Origin: Candidatus Latescibacterota bacterium
GTDB lineage: Bacteria > Latescibacterota > UBA2968 > UBA8231
DNA length: 64,000 nt
Direction: 5' to 3'
Assembly (NCBI GenBank): GCA_965242865.1
Contig: CBDETK010000013.1
Location: forward strand, 3,040,001-3,104,000
Shown: piece by piece, positions 31,371 through 45,737 of the stretch
Layout: every line of letters starts with the position of its first letter
Position numbering within the stretch: position 1 is the first letter of the stretch
Program-made: the position numbers and the translations under genes
Notes under the pieces: model-generated
Database searches by the model: none
What the model was told of the DNA's origin: nothing
What the model saw: only the letters and a program-made list of their open reading frames with translations

Positions 31371-32375
31371 TCAGATCTTCACCGTCCGCTGCCCCTTCCC
31401 CGCCCGCAACACCGCCGTCGCCACCGCCAAGGCGGCGATTCCGTCGTCCCCGGTCACCAGCGGCTGTTCGCCCTTGGCAAAGCACCGGACGACGTGTTTG
31501 GCTTGTTCGGCGAACATGTCCTTGAGCGGATAGGTGTACACCCGCTCGCGGCCCTCGCCCGTCTTGAGCGTAAAGGCCCCGCTTTTTTGCGGGTTGAAGC
31601 GCGCCGGGGGCCGCTGGGCGGTCATGCCGAATTGCAGGGTGCCGGCCGGGCCAATCACGTCGTTGAGGCTCGCCACGGGAGCACCAGCGGCCACGCCCCA
31701 CGACCAAATCAGGGCGTGTTGATCGCCGCGGGCGAAGTTGAGGATGACGCTGGCGGTGTCAGCGCCGACGCTGGTGGGATCGAATTGCAGGGAAGAGGCT
31801 TGGACCGACGCGACCGGGCCGAAAATCTGCAAGGCGAAATCGTAGTTGTGTACAGCGCCGTCCATTAGCGGACCGCCGCCTTTGTTCTCATCGCGGAACC
31901 ACGGCCGGGCCGGGCGGCCCCCCGCAGCAAAGCGCCACACGACCGGCTCGCCAACAGCACCGGATTGGACGATTTCCTTGAGCTTGCCCCACTGCGCGTC
32001 GAAGCGGCGCACAAAGCCAATGGTCAGCCGCACATCGGCTTGGCGGCAAGCATTCGCCATGCGCCGCGCATCGGCTACCTTCAGCGCCATGGGCTTCTCG
32101 CAGAAGACGTGCTTGCCGGCTTTGGCCGCGGCGACGACCGGCGCGGGGTGCTCAAAGGTGGGGGTGCAGACCCACACCGCGTCGATAGCGGCTAGGTCGA
32201 GCAGGTCGCGAAAGTCCGCGAAATGGTGGTCGGCGCCGAAGTCGCGGGCGAACGCTGCGGCCGCGTCGGCCACGACATCCGCAGCCGCGAGAATGCGTGC
32301 GCCCCGGATTTGGGATAAGCATTTGGCGTGATGGCGGGCAATGCCGCCGCAACCGATAAAACCGATGTTCAGCAT
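31371..32375 (-). CDS. Gfo/Idh/MocA oxidoreductase
   Basis: IGCGGIA, HVFCEKP, GGGPLMDGAVH. Confidence 0.92.
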   Translation of the reverse strand: MLNIGFIGCGGIARHHAKCLSQIRGARILAAADVVADAAAAFARDFGADHHFADFRDLLDLAAIDAVWVCTPTFEHPAPVVAAAKAGKHVFCEKPMALKVADARRMANACRQADVRLTIGFVRRFDAQWGKLKEIVQSGAVGEPVVWRFAAGGRPARPWFRDENKGGGPLMDGAVHNYDFALQIFGPVASVQASSLQFDPTSVGADTASVILNFARGDQHALIWSWGVAAGAPVASLNDVIGPAGTLQFGMTAQRPPARFNPQKSGAFTLKTGEGRERVYTYPLKDMFAEQAKHVVRCFAKGEQPLVTGDDGIAALAVATAVLRAGKGQRTVKI

Positions 32376-32522
32376 GATCTTCTCCTATTGGCACGTAGGG
32401 GGTTGCGAGGACAAAAGTAATGGCGTCTAGCGCGGCGTTTGTCAAGGGCCGGTCCACAAATTCAAAAGAAGCAACTCCTTGTCAAACAAAATGTTACAAC
32501 GCCTAGAAGCACTTGACTTACC

Positions 32523-32551
32523 TTGACTTTTCCCTAGCCCAAGCATAGCTT
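32523..32551 (+). promoter_or_regulatory. Sigma70-like promoter
   Basis: TTGACT-N17-TAGCTT. Confidence 0.5.
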
Positions 32552-32591
32552 TTTCCATCACTTTTCTCTGTGGAAAGGCAAGCAAAAGGTC

Positions 32592-34334
32592 GTGCAGACC
32601 TCATTTCCCATACAAGTCGCGCTGGCGTCGTTGCTCTTGGCTGCTCCCGCGCTCCGCGCCCAACCGCTCATGGCGCCCAGCGAGCTGCGCCGCGGCATGA
32701 GCGGCTTTGGGCTGACGACCTTCCAAGGCACTGAGATCGACACCTTCCAAGTCGAAATTTTGGGGGTGCTAAAAGGGGCTTTAGGGCCGCGCATGGACAT
32801 GATCCTCGCTCGGCTCTCGGGCGGCCCGTTGGAGCACACCGGGCTGATAAGGGGCATGAGCGGCAGCCCGGTGTACATCGACGGGCGGCTCATCGGCGCC
32901 ATCGCTTACGGCTGGTACTTTTCCAAGGACCCCATCGGCGGGATCACCCCCATCGCCGATATGCTCGAAGTCGCCACGCGCCAACATCCCACGCCAAACC
33001 AGTACGGAAAAGCCTTAGACCTAGACGAAGAGACCACCCGCCTGCTCGGCGGCGAAGGCGTCAGCACCCTAGCGCCGCTGGGGCTCCCCATAGCTCTTGC
33101 CGGCTTCAGTCCGCGGGGGCGGCACGTGTTGCGCGACGCGCTCGACGCGCCGGGCATCCAGCTTTTGGACAGCCCGGCCGGGCAGGTGCTGCCCGACCGA
33201 GAAGCGTCCGTCGCGCCGGGGGCCTCGCTGGCCGTGCAGCTAATCCGCGGCGATTACAGCGCCGCGGCCATCGGCACCCTTACCTGGGTCGGCGACGGAC
33301 GCTTCGTCGGCTTTGGGCATCCGATGTTTTTTCTTGGGGCCACCAACCTGCCCGCCGCCGGCGCTTACATCCACCAAGTCATCCCCGTTCAGACCGCCTC
33401 CTTCAAGCTGGGGACGCCGACCAGCGCAATGGGGGCGGTGCGCCAAGACCGCTTGGCCGCGATCGCCGGGACGCTGGGCCAAGTGCCGGACATGCTGCCC
33501 GTGCGAGTGGCCCTGCGGTCGGCGGCTGGCGATCGCGCCTTCCGCTGCGAGGTGCTGCGCCACCCCGAGCTGAGCGCGTCCTTTGTTCGCTCGGTTTTGT
33601 TCAACGCGCTCGAAACAACCGAAAAGCTCTTTGGCGACGCGACGCTGCGGATGCGTACCCACATCGCCCTGACCGATGGTCGCACGGTGGAGCGCGAGCA
33701 GATGTACAGCAGCGGCATCGCGCTGCTCACCGCCGCGATAGACGCCGTGCAGCCGGTTGAGGTGCTGCTCAACAATCCCTTTGCCGGGCTGACGTTAGAT
33801 TCGCTGCACTTTGAGTTGGAAATCGGCGAAACCCTAGCGCAAGCCCGCATCACCGGCCTGCGGCTGTCGCCGCCCGATCCCAAGGTTGGGCAGCGGGTTT
33901 TGCTGCAAGCGACGTTGCAACCGCATCGCGCCGAGCCGGTTACAGAGCATCTAGCGTTGGACTTGCCCGCGCATCTCGAACCCGGCTCCTTCGTCGTGCG
34001 CGTCGGCAGCGGCGTGGCGAGCACCGGTTGGGACGCGGCGCGGCGGCCCGATGCGTTGGTGCCGCGCAATGCCGCCGACTTGCTCGCATTGCTAGAGCGC
34101 ACCGGGGCCGCGGACGAACTAGTCGTCGAAGTTTTTCGCGCTGGGGCGGGCTTTACGGTGGACGGGCGCGAGTTGCCCGGTTTGCCGCCCTCGGCGTTGG
34201 CCGTGCTGAGCGCGGACCGCTCGGCCGGGCATCTAGGACCGGTGCAAGGCGAGGTCGTCCTCCGCCGCACTTTAACCACTGCGTACGTCCTCTTAGGCGA
34301 GCAAAGTCTCGACATGACCTTGAGAAAGCCCTGA
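32592..34334 (+). CDS. SpoIVB peptidase S55-domain protein
   Basis: GMSGSPVYIDGRLIGA, GFGHP. Confidence 0.88.
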   Translation: MQTSFPIQVALASLLLAAPALRAQPLMAPSELRRGMSGFGLTTFQGTEIDTFQVEILGVLKGALGPRMDMILARLSGGPLEHTGLIRGMSGSPVYIDGRLIGAIAYGWYFSKDPIGGITPIADMLEVATRQHPTPNQYGKALDLDEETTRLLGGEGVSTLAPLGLPIALAGFSPRGRHVLRDALDAPGIQLLDSPAGQVLPDREASVAPGASLAVQLIRGDYSAAAIGTLTWVGDGRFVGFGHPMFFLGATNLPAAGAYIHQVIPVQTASFKLGTPTSAMGAVRQDRLAAIAGTLGQVPDMLPVRVALRSAAGDRAFRCEVLRHPELSASFVRSVLFNALETTEKLFGDATLRMRTHIALTDGRTVEREQMYSSGIALLTAAIDAVQPVEVLLNNPFAGLTLDSLHFELEIGETLAQARITGLRLSPPDPKVGQRVLLQATLQPHRAEPVTEHLALDLPAHLEPGSFVVRVGSGVASTGWDAARRPDALVPRNAADLLALLERTGAADELVVEVFRAGAGFTVDGRELPGLPPSALAVLSADRSAGHLGPVQGEVVLRRTLTTAYVLLGEQSLDMTLRKP

Positions 34335-34338
34335 TCGA

Positions 34339-36369
34339 ATGATGCGTACTACGACCCGAGCCCTGCTTTTGTTTTTCTTGCTGCTGTCGGCGGCCAGCGC
34401 GGCCGACGCCGGGCGCACCAAGGCTTGGCAGCAGCATGCGTACGACGACTTTGCCCAAGGCGAGAGCGAAGGCATCTCCATTGCCGCAGACGGCGCACTG
34501 GAGCTAGCACCCGCGCTCGTCGAGCTAGCGGCCTTAGACGCCGAGCGCGTCTGGTCCGTGACGCCCAATCCCAAGGGGGGGCTTTACGTGGGCACTGGCG
34601 ATTCGGGCCGGCTCTTTGTCGTTGATGACGAGGGGCAAGCCGAGTTGCTGTTCGATTCGCCCGAACTCGTCCTCCACGCCCTGCTCGTCGGAGCCGATGG
34701 TCGGCTCTACGCAGGCTCGGCCCCCGATGGCCTAATCTACGCGCTCGACGGCGAGGGGCCGGCGGAAACCCTGCTCCAGACCGGCAGCCACTACGTGTGG
34801 GACTTCGCCCTAATGGACGGCCAGCTCTACGCGGCCACGGGCGAGCCCGGCCGAGTGCTCAAAGTTGCCAACGATGGGTCGCACGAGGTCTTTTTTGACC
34901 CTGAAGACCGCCACGTTATGACGCTGCTCGTCCACCAGGGGCGCCTGTACGCCGGCACGGCCGGCAAGGGCCGCATCTACGAGCTCGACCGCGAGGGCCG
35001 CGGGCGGCTGCTCTTTGAAAGCGAGCAAGATGAAATTCACAACCTCGTGGCAGGTGCCAATGGGAAGGTTTTTGCCAGCGCGATTCCCGCGCAGGGCAAC
35101 GGCGAAAGCTCCCACGAGGTCCCAGCAGCCGTGTACCGAGTCGGCGCGGAGGGGGCGGTCTATCCGATCTGGGAGGATGCCGAAACCCAGTTCGTCAACC
35201 TCGTGGCAGCCGGCGAACACCTGCTGCTCAGCACCTCCAGCCCGGCGCGGCTTTTGCGCCTCAGCGCCGATGGCGGCCGGGCGTTGGTCGCGCAATTCGA
35301 GAGCTTTGTCCCCAGCCGCCTCTGGTTCGGGCCAAGGGGCGCGCTTTATATGGGCGGGGCGCAAAATGCCGTCGTCTCTGTTCTGCCCGGGGCCGGCCGC
35401 CGCCACGGGCACTTTGAATCCGCGGTTGAAGATTTTGCCATCCACACACGGTGGGGGGTGCTCGAATGGCGCGGCACCCAACCGGCAGACACCCGCATAA
35501 CCGTGCAGACGCGCACCGGCAACAGCGAGGTGCCGGGCCAGACTTGGAGCGCGTGGTCTGAGCCGCTGACTGAGAGCGGCCAAACCATCACCAGCCCCCC
35601 CGCTCGCTTTATCCAATACCGGGTCGAGCTGGAATCCACCCACGACGAGGCCACGCCCCGGCTCCGCTCAATCGAAATCCGCGGCGTCCAAGTCAACCTC
35701 AAGCCGCGCATTACCGAGCTGCAAATTTTTCCCTTCCGGCCCCAACAATCCGGCAACGGCGGCCAACCCCAAGGCGTCCCTCAAGCGGGCCAAGGGCGGC
35801 GCAACAATCGTCCCCCTCACGCCAAGAGCCTGCGCCTAGTGCGCTGGCAAGCGCAAGACCCCAACGAGGACGGGCTGGTGTACGATCTCTATCTCAAGGG
35901 CGAGGGGCAACGCACGTGGAAGTTGGTCGAAGAAAACATCGCGCAAACCTCGATTGTCTGGGACACCGAAGCCATGCCCGAAGGCCAGACCCAGCTCAAG
36001 CTGGTGGCCTCGGACCGCTTGGACAACTCAGCGGCCGAACGCCTGCGCGACGAGCGAGAAAGCGCGCCCTTTGCCATTGACAACAGCCCGCCAACCGTTG
36101 AACTCAACGCCCAGCTCAAGGCCGAGGGCGCAGTCGTCGAAGTGGCGATTCGCGACCGCATCTCAGCGGTGCAAAAAGCCTATTACACCATTGATTACGG
36201 CGAACAACAGCACCCCATCGCGCCGCTGGACGGCGTCTTTGACAGCCGCGGCGAACAGGCGCGCTTTGCCGTTGAAGGGCTGGCGTCGGGCGAGCACGTC
36301 ATTGTCGTGCAGGCCATCGACGCCCTCGACAACATCGGCGTGCGGCAAATCGTCGTCCAAATTGAGTGA
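34339..36369 (+). CDS. Secreted beta-propeller protein with C-terminal Ig/Fn3-like domains
   Basis: Repeated LY(A/V)G(T/S)...G.(I/L)Y blades; TRTGN...WSAWS. Confidence 0.7.
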   Translation: MMRTTTRALLLFFLLLSAASAADAGRTKAWQQHAYDDFAQGESEGISIAADGALELAPALVELAALDAERVWSVTPNPKGGLYVGTGDSGRLFVVDDEGQAELLFDSPELVLHALLVGADGRLYAGSAPDGLIYALDGEGPAETLLQTGSHYVWDFALMDGQLYAATGEPGRVLKVANDGSHEVFFDPEDRHVMTLLVHQGRLYAGTAGKGRIYELDREGRGRLLFESEQDEIHNLVAGANGKVFASAIPAQGNGESSHEVPAAVYRVGAEGAVYPIWEDAETQFVNLVAAGEHLLLSTSSPARLLRLSADGGRALVAQFESFVPSRLWFGPRGALYMGGAQNAVVSVLPGAGRRHGHFESAVEDFAIHTRWGVLEWRGTQPADTRITVQTRTGNSEVPGQTWSAWSEPLTESGQTITSPPARFIQYRVELESTHDEATPRLRSIEIRGVQVNLKPRITELQIFPFRPQQSGNGGQPQGVPQAGQGRRNNRPPHAKSLRLVRWQAQDPNEDGLVYDLYLKGEGQRTWKLVEENIAQTSIVWDTEAMPEGQTQLKLVASDRLDNSAAERLRDERESAPFAIDNSPPTVELNAQLKAEGAVVEVAIRDRISAVQKAYYTIDYGEQQHPIAPLDGVFDSRGEQARFAVEGLASGEHVIVVQAIDALDNIGVRQIVVQIE

Positions 36370-37463
36370 ACGCGCCCGCGCAATACATGCGCCGCGCCCT
36401 GCGGTTGGCGCAGCGAGGGCGCGGTAAGGTTAGCCCCAATCCCATGGTCGGCGCGGTGGTGGTGCGCGAGGACTGCATCGTCGGCGAAGGGGCGCACTTG
36501 CAGGTCGGCGGCGCCCATGCCGAGGTCCACGCCCTGCGCGGAGCCGGGGCCGAAGCGCGAGGGGCCGATCTCTATGTTACACTGGAACCCTGCTCCTTCC
36601 ACGGCCGCACCCCCCCCTGCACCGAAGCCGTGCTGCGCGCTGGCATTAAAAGGCTCTACTGCGCCATGGAAGACCCGGACGAGCGCGTGTCCGGGCGGGG
36701 GCTTGCCGCGCTGCGGGAAAAGGGCGTTGCCATTGAGGTCGGGCTTGGCGCCGAAGAGGCGCAGCGCCTCAACGCCGCGTACATCAAACACCGCACCCAA
36801 AACCTGCCCTGGGTCGCGCTCAAGCTGGCGCAGACCCTCGACGGGCGCATTGCGGCGCGCAGCGGCGATGCGCGTTGGATCACGGGGCCCCGAGCGCGGC
36901 GTCACGTCCATCGCTGGCGGTCTTGGGTCGATGCCGTAGTCGTGGGCGCGGGCACCGTGCAAGCCGACGATCCCCTCCTGACGGTGCGCCACGTGTCCGG
37001 GCGCGATCCGCGGCCCATCGTCATCGACGGCCGCTTGCGTACGTCACCCGAAGCGCGCGTCTATCAGCGGCCTGGGGCCGTACTCGTCACCGCCCAAGAC
37101 GCGCCCGCCGACAAGCGCCGAGCCTACGCGGCCCAAGGAGCCGAGGTTTGGCTTTTTCCGGCGGCGGCCGGGCGCATTGACCTGCGCCAACCTTTCGGGC
37201 GCATGGCGTGCGAGGGCATGACCAGCGTCCTCCTCGAAGGCGGGGGCCAGTTGGCCGCGGCCGCACTCAGCGACCGCGTCGTCGACCAAGTCCTGCTTTA
37301 CCTCGCACCGCGACTGATGGGCGCGGGCGTGGCTGCCATTGGCGACTTGGGGATTGAACGCGCGGCCGAGGCCATTCAACTGGCGTCCAGCCGCACCCAG
37401 CGACTCGGCCCCGACCTGCTCTACACGGCTGAGGTCCGATACCCTTGTTCACCGGACTCATAG
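36366..37463 (+). CDS. ribD: Riboflavin biosynthesis deaminase/reductase
   Basis: PNPMVGAV, HAEV, TLEPC...PPC, EGGG. Confidence 0.96.
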   Translation: MNAPAQYMRRALRLAQRGRGKVSPNPMVGAVVVREDCIVGEGAHLQVGGAHAEVHALRGAGAEARGADLYVTLEPCSFHGRTPPCTEAVLRAGIKRLYCAMEDPDERVSGRGLAALREKGVAIEVGLGAEEAQRLNAAYIKHRTQNLPWVALKLAQTLDGRIAARSGDARWITGPRARRHVHRWRSWVDAVVVGAGTVQADDPLLTVRHVSGRDPRPIVIDGRLRTSPEARVYQRPGAVLVTAQDAPADKRRAYAAQGAEVWLFPAAAGRIDLRQPFGRMACEGMTSVLLEGGGQLAAAALSDRVVDQVLLYLAPRLMGAGVAAIGDLGIERAAEAIQLASSRTQRLGPDLLYTAEVRYPCSPDS

Positions 37464-38074
37464 AAGAACTCGGAAGGGTGCGCGGCCGCGTGCGCCGCGG
37501 CAGGTTCCAGCGGTTGGAGATCGAGGCCGAGCGCGTTCTCCCCGGCTTGCAGGTGGGGGACAGCGTCAATATCGACGGGGTTTGCCAGACGGTCGTGGCC
37601 ATCGCAGCGAGCGGCTTTGCGGTCGAGACGGTCCCCGAAACGATCGCCCGCACGACCTTGGGGCTCCTCGGCATCGGGCAAGCCGTCAACCTAGAGCGCG
37701 CCCTCCGCGCCGACCAGCGGCTCGCTGGACACCTCGTCTTGGGGCACGTCGATGGCATAGCCCGCATTCGCCGGTGCATTGAGCGCGATGGCGAGCATCG
37801 CTTGGAGATCGAGCCGCCGCCCGCGCTCGCTTGCTACATCGCTGCCAAAGGCTCGGTGGCCCTCGACGGCATCAGCCTGACGGTGGCCGAGGTCCGCGGC
37901 CATGCCTTTACGGTCGCGGTCATACCGCATACATTTGACAATACTACGCTTAGCCACCGGCGCACCGGTGATTCCGTCAACCTCGAAGTGGATGTGATCG
38001 CCCGCTATGTCGAGCGTTTGCTCGGCAGGAACCCCCCGCTCAGCTTTGAGAACTTGCGCGATATGGGATACTGA
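37445..38074 (+). CDS. ribE: Riboflavin synthase alpha chain
   Basis: MFTGLIEE, VNLERAL, GHVDG. Confidence 0.96.
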   Translation: MFTGLIEELGRVRGRVRRGRFQRLEIEAERVLPGLQVGDSVNIDGVCQTVVAIAASGFAVETVPETIARTTLGLLGIGQAVNLERALRADQRLAGHLVLGHVDGIARIRRCIERDGEHRLEIEPPPALACYIAAKGSVALDGISLTVAEVRGHAFTVAVIPHTFDNTTLSHRRTGDSVNLEVDVIARYVERLLGRNPPLSFENLRDMGY

Positions 38075-38077
38075 GCA

Positions 38078-39325
38078 ATGCTCGATTTTAACACCATTGA
38101 AGAAGTGGTCGAGGACCTGCAAGACGGCCGCATGGCCGTGCTCGTCGACGAGTGCGAGGCCGTGGGCGAGGGCGTGCTGGTAATGCTCGCCGAGCGAGCC
38201 ACGGCCGCCTCTGTCAACTTCATGACGCGCTGCGCTAGCAGCCCGCCCGTAGTCGCCGCCGCTAGAAAGCACCTCAAAGCCCTCGAACTACACCTACAGG
38301 TCTCCAAGGCCCACGAGCCTAGGGACGCCTCGATCATGGTCTCGGTCAGTGCCCGCGCCATTGAGGGCACCGGCGTTTCAGCGCAGGACCGCGCCGCGAC
38401 CATCCGCAAACTAGCCGACCCCAACAGCGTACCCGAAGACTTCGTCCAGCCCGGGCACGTCACGCCGCTCCAAGCCCAACCGGGCGGCGTGTTGCGCCGC
38501 GCCGGGCACACCGAGGCCGCGGTTGATCTGGCGCAGATGGCCGATTGCCAGCCCGTGGCCTTAATCGCCGCCATCCTCGACGAAGCAGGGGCACTGGCCG
38601 ACGCATCCTACTTGCTCGGCTTCGCCCGCGACCACGGCTGCAAAATTACGACCATCCACGACCTGATTGCCCATCGCCGACGCACCGAGAAACTGATTCA
38701 CCTAGAGGCTCAGTCGCCCATGCCGACCCGCTACGGCGAATTCACGGCTTACGCGTACCGCAGCTTAGTTGACGACAACCCGTACCTTGCTTTAGTGCAT
38801 GGCGAGGTCGCCGATGGTCGCGACACGTTGGTCCGCATGCACTCGGGGTGTCTGACGGGCGACGCGCTCGGCTCGCTGCTGTGCGACTGCGGCGAACAGC
38901 TAGCGCAATCCATGCAGCTCATTGCCGCGGAGGGACGCGGCGTTATCGTCTATATTCAGCACCACGAAGGGCGCGGCATCGGCATTTTGCACAAGCTCAA
39001 GGCTTATGAGCTGCAACAGCAGCAAGGGCTCGACACCATTGAGGCCAACCACGCCCTCGGCCACCCCATGGACTCGCGCGACTACGGCATCGGCGCCCAA
39101 GTGCTCTACGATCTAGGGTTGCGCCGAGTGCGCTTTTTGACCAACAATCCCAAGAAGCGGGTCGGCTTGGAGGCCTACGGCCTAACCGTCGTGGAGCAAG
39201 TGCCGATTGAGGCCGCGCCCAACCCGCACAATATCCGCTACCTAACAACCAAGCGCGACAAGATGGGCCACGCCCTCTTGCTCAAGTGCGCCGCCGAGGA
39301 CCAAAGCAATGCCAAAAGTGCATGA
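38078..39325 (+). CDS. ribBA: RibBA-type fusion: degenerate DHBP synthase + GTP cyclohydrolase II
   Basis: RAGHTEA; [24 protein letters not shown]. Confidence 0.9.
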   Translation: MLDFNTIEEVVEDLQDGRMAVLVDECEAVGEGVLVMLAERATAASVNFMTRCASSPPVVAAARKHLKALELHLQVSKAHEPRDASIMVSVSARAIEGTGVSAQDRAATIRKLADPNSVPEDFVQPGHVTPLQAQPGGVLRRAGHTEAAVDLAQMADCQPVALIAAILDEAGALADASYLLGFARDHGCKITTIHDLIAHRRRTEKLIHLEAQSPMPTRYGEFTAYAYRSLVDDNPYLALVHGEVADGRDTLVRMHSGCLTGDALGSLLCDCGEQLAQSMQLIAAEGRGVIVYIQHHEGRGIGILHKLKAYELQQQQGLDTIEANHALGHPMDSRDYGIGAQVLYDLGLRRVRFLTNNPKKRVGLEAYGLTVVEQVPIEAAPNPHNIRYLTTKRDKMGHALLLKCAAEDQSNAKSA

Positions 39326-39776
39326 AGGACAGCTCGACGCTCGGGGCCGCAAGTTCGGCATTGCGGTCAGCCGCTTCAACGACTTGGTGACCACCCGGCT
39401 CCTCGACGGCGCGTTGGACTGCATCCAGCGGCACGGTGGCGACGGCAATCACATTGAGATCGCCTGGGTGCCCGGGGCCTTTGAGTTGCCCATTGCCGCC
39501 AAAAAGCTAGCGCACTCGGGGCGCTTTCACGTCGTCCTCTGTCTGGGGGCCATCGTCCGCAGCGATACGCCCCACTTCGACTACGTGGCGAGCGAAGCGG
39601 CCAAGGGCATCGCTCGCGTCGGCCTCGACAGCGGCATTCCAGTGATCTTTGGCGTCATCACGGCCGACACAGTAGAGCAGGCCGTGCAGCGCGCCGGCGT
39701 CAAGGCCGGCAATCGCGGCTGGGACGCCGCCCTCAATGCGGTTGAGATGGCCAGCTTAATGGCCGAGTTGGGATGA
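39309..39776 (+). CDS. ribH: 6,7-dimethyl-8-ribityllumazine synthase
   Basis: [19 protein letters not shown]. Confidence 0.97.
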   Translation: MPKVHEGQLDARGRKFGIAVSRFNDLVTTRLLDGALDCIQRHGGDGNHIEIAWVPGAFELPIAAKKLAHSGRFHVVLCLGAIVRSDTPHFDYVASEAAKGIARVGLDSGIPVIFGVITADTVEQAVQRAGVKAGNRGWDAALNAVEMASLMAELG

Positions 39777-40240
39777 GCGGCGAAGACGATTTTTTTGGCG
39801 ATGGGACTTCGGCCGACGAGGCGCCGCCCAACAACCGCCACGGCGCTCGCCAAGTGGCCTTGCAGGCGCTGTACTGGGAGCAGAGTGCCCAGACCGATTC
39901 ACTCGACGCCCTAGCCGAGCTGTGCGGGCGCTTTGGCTTGACGCAGGAGGTGCAATCCTTTGCGGCCAAACTCTTGCAGTGCGCGACCGAACATGCGGCC
40001 GAATTGGACGCGCTGGCCGCGGCCCGGGTCCAGCACTGGCACTGGGAGCGCGTCGCCCGCATCGATCGCCTGATCCTGCGCTTGGCCTTGGCCGAAATGC
40101 TCTTCATCGAGGAAATTCCCGTCCGGGTCTCCATTTTTGAAGCGGTCGAACTCGCCAAGTCGTACAGCACCGACAAGTCTTACGCCTTCGTCAATGGCGT
40201 CCTCGACGGCGTCGTGCGCCAGAAGGGACTCAGCGTCTGA
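39773..40240 (+). CDS. nusB: Transcription antitermination factor NusB
   Basis: [25 protein letters not shown]. Confidence 0.94.
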   Translation: MSGEDDFFGDGTSADEAPPNNRHGARQVALQALYWEQSAQTDSLDALAELCGRFGLTQEVQSFAAKLLQCATEHAAELDALAAARVQHWHWERVARIDRLILRLALAEMLFIEEIPVRVSIFEAVELAKSYSTDKSYAFVNGVLDGVVRQKGLSV

Positions 40241-40284
40241 ACGTCAGTCCGCCCACACTGGGCCTAGTTTTATGAGGATTTAGC

Positions 40285-43545
<3,261 letters not shown>

Positions 43546-43559
43546 GCGGTTGAAGCGAC

Positions 43560-45026
43560 ATGGCCTTTTGGGAAGTACTCTGTCTGGTGGTGTACAGCGC
43601 GATCATCGCCGTTCTCGGGGTGTACGGCTTCCACCGCTACCAGCTACTGCGCCTGTTCTATCGGCATCACCCAACCCCGATTCCCGCGCCCAGCCGCTTT
43701 GCCGAGTTGCCCTTTGTCACGGTCCAGTTGCCGCTCTACAACGAATATCACGTCATTGACCGCTTGCTAGAGGCCGTGGGCCGGATCGACTACCCACGCG
43801 ACCGCTTGCAAATCCAGATTCTCGACGATTCGCAGGACGAAACCCGCGACAAGGCCCGGGCTTGGGCCGCCCGGCTGATGGCCCAAGCGCTAGAGGTCGA
43901 GTACCTGGGCCGAGTCCAGCGGCACGGCTTTAAGGCCGGGGCCCTGGCCGCTGGGCTGGCGTGCGCCCGGGGCGAATTTGTGTTGGTCCTCGACGCCGAT
44001 TTCGTGCCGCCGCCCGACATCTTACAACGGGCTATTCACTACTTTACCGACGATTCCATCGGCCTAGTCCAGATGCGGTGGGGGCATCTCAACCGCTCCT
44101 ACTCGCTCCTAACGCGCATCCAATCGATCTTTCTCGACGGGCACTTCGTCGTCGAGCACACCGCCCGCAACCGCTCGGGCCGCTTCTTCAACTTCAATGG
44201 CACCGCCGGGATCTGGCGCAAAAAGGCCATTTACGACGCCGGCGGCTGGCAGCACGACACCCTCACGGAAGACCTCGATTTGAGCTACCGCGCCCAGCTA
44301 GCGGGCTGGCAGTTTCGCTACCTGCCCGAAATTGAAGTGCCCGGCGAGATTCCCGTTGAGATCAACGCCTTTAAGTCGCAACAGCACCGCTGGACCAAGG
44401 GCGCGGTACAGGTGGCCAAGAAGGTGCTGCCGCAGATTTGGCACTCTGCGCTCCCGGCCAAGATCAAGGTCGAGGCCACCTTTCACCTGACGGCCAACCT
44501 CTGCTACATCATGATGTTCTTGATGGCCCTGTTGACCCTGCCGGTGCTCTCCATTCGCTCGCAACTGGGCTGGGAGCGGCTCTTTATCATCGATTTGCCG
44601 CTGTTTTCCTTTGCCACCATGGCCATTTCCGGCTTCTACATTACCTCCCAGCGCGTGCTCTACCCGGACTGGCGACGGCAGATCAAGTACCTGCCCATGC
44701 TGATGGCTATTGGCATGAGCCTTTGCATCAACAACACCCGGGCGGTGATCGAGGGGCTCGTCGGCTACCAAACCGATTTCCTGCGGACCCCCAAATACGG
44801 GCTTACCGGACGCCGAGGCCAAGGCCAGCCGCGCAAGTACCTAAGCCGCTGGCCCCTGCTGTCTTTGGGCGAGCTGGGCATGGCGTTCTACCTCGTCGTC
44901 GCCGTCTATCACGCCTACGCGACCGGCCTGTACTTGGGGATGCCCTTCCTGTTGCTCTTCCACGCCGGCTTTCTCTACACCGGGTTGCTCTCCAGCAGCC
45001 AGCACTGGTTCCACCGAGGGGGCTAA
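43560..45026 (+). CDS. GT2 glycosyltransferase (cellulose synthase-like)
   Basis: QLPLYNE, GFKAGAL, DADF, TEDLD, QQHRW. Confidence 0.92.
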   Translation: MAFWEVLCLVVYSAIIAVLGVYGFHRYQLLRLFYRHHPTPIPAPSRFAELPFVTVQLPLYNEYHVIDRLLEAVGRIDYPRDRLQIQILDDSQDETRDKARAWAARLMAQALEVEYLGRVQRHGFKAGALAAGLACARGEFVLVLDADFVPPPDILQRAIHYFTDDSIGLVQMRWGHLNRSYSLLTRIQSIFLDGHFVVEHTARNRSGRFFNFNGTAGIWRKKAIYDAGGWQHDTLTEDLDLSYRAQLAGWQFRYLPEIEVPGEIPVEINAFKSQQHRWTKGAVQVAKKVLPQIWHSALPAKIKVEATFHLTANLCYIMMFLMALLTLPVLSIRSQLGWERLFIIDLPLFSFATMAISGFYITSQRVLYPDWRRQIKYLPMLMAIGMSLCINNTRAVIEGLVGYQTDFLRTPKYGLTGRRGQGQPRKYLSRWPLLSLGELGMAFYLVVAVYHAYATGLYLGMPFLLLFHAGFLYTGLLSSSQHWFHRGG

Positions 45027-45030
45027 ATGC

Positions 45031-45066
45031 AAAAAGCCCCCGGGCCACGCGGCCTGGGGGCTTTGT
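45031..45066. terminator. Probable bidirectional intrinsic terminator
   Basis: aaaaagcccccgggcc-acgc-ggcctgggggctttgtt between convergent genes. Confidence 0.75.
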
Positions 45067-45089
45067 TCTCGCTGATTGCGACAGTGCGG

Positions 45090-45572
45090 TCAGTTAGAGG
45101 GCCACACGAGGGGATAGGGATCGGTGAGCCGCCGCTGCAACCACAAGATATCGACGGCTTTGTAGTGCCGTTTGGTCAGCTTCTCGATGTGGCGCACCCC
45201 AATATCCACGTTGCTCTTTTCGCGCCGCAGCTCGCGGCCTTTGTCCCCGGACAGTGGAATTGATTCCGCTACATTTGTGACGTAGAGGTTGTGGGCCAAG
45301 CGCAATTCTTTGTAGTCCAGATTGTCCGGCACGAGCCCTTTCAACTCGGTGACATAGTCGTTGATGAGCTGGCGCGCTTTGGCCAAGTCCTGCTCAGAAA
45401 TCTCGGAGAGCGGTTTTCTCAAATGCTCAATGGTCTCGACAACCTGCTTGTTTTTGCCGTCTAGCTTCTGCATCTGCTCAACGTAATCAAGCAGGATCTG
45501 TCTCTCCGCCTCCTCGCCACCGCAGGCGACCAGACCCACTGCCAACGCCAACACAGCCAGTTTCTTCGACAT
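45090..45572 (-). CDS. Hypothetical helical lipoprotein
   Basis: MSKKLAVLALAVGLVAC; RBS GGGAGG. Confidence 0.75.
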   Translation of the reverse strand: MSKKLAVLALAVGLVACGGEEAERQILLDYVEQMQKLDGKNKQVVETIEHLRKPLSEISEQDLAKARQLINDYVTELKGLVPDNLDYKELRLAHNLYVTNVAESIPLSGDKGRELRREKSNVDIGVRHIEKLTKRHYKAVDILWLQRRLTDPYPLVWPSN

Positions 45573-45665
45573 ATAGACCTCCCTGTAGGGTGAGATTCTC
45601 TGTTTCGTCGGCCTCAAAATACGCCTCAGAGAGGCGAAAATCAAGCACTCTCTACGCCGGACCTA

Positions 45666-45694
45666 TTGACGGAGTTCGGGTGCGCTCATAATAT
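45666..45694 (+). promoter_or_regulatory. Sigma70-like promoter of purC
   Basis: TTGACG-N17-TAATAT. Confidence 0.6.
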
Positions 45695-45737
45695 CAATTT
45701 TTCGCATCCCACGATCTCACCTGAGGGCATCTATTCC

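Noticed and set aside
36200-36370. FMN riboswitch before ribD
   Set aside because: ribD overlaps the upstream CDS and no RFN motif is seen
45666-45737. PurC N-terminal extension from TTG
   Set aside because: The TTG is part of the -35 box; ATG at 45738 fits better
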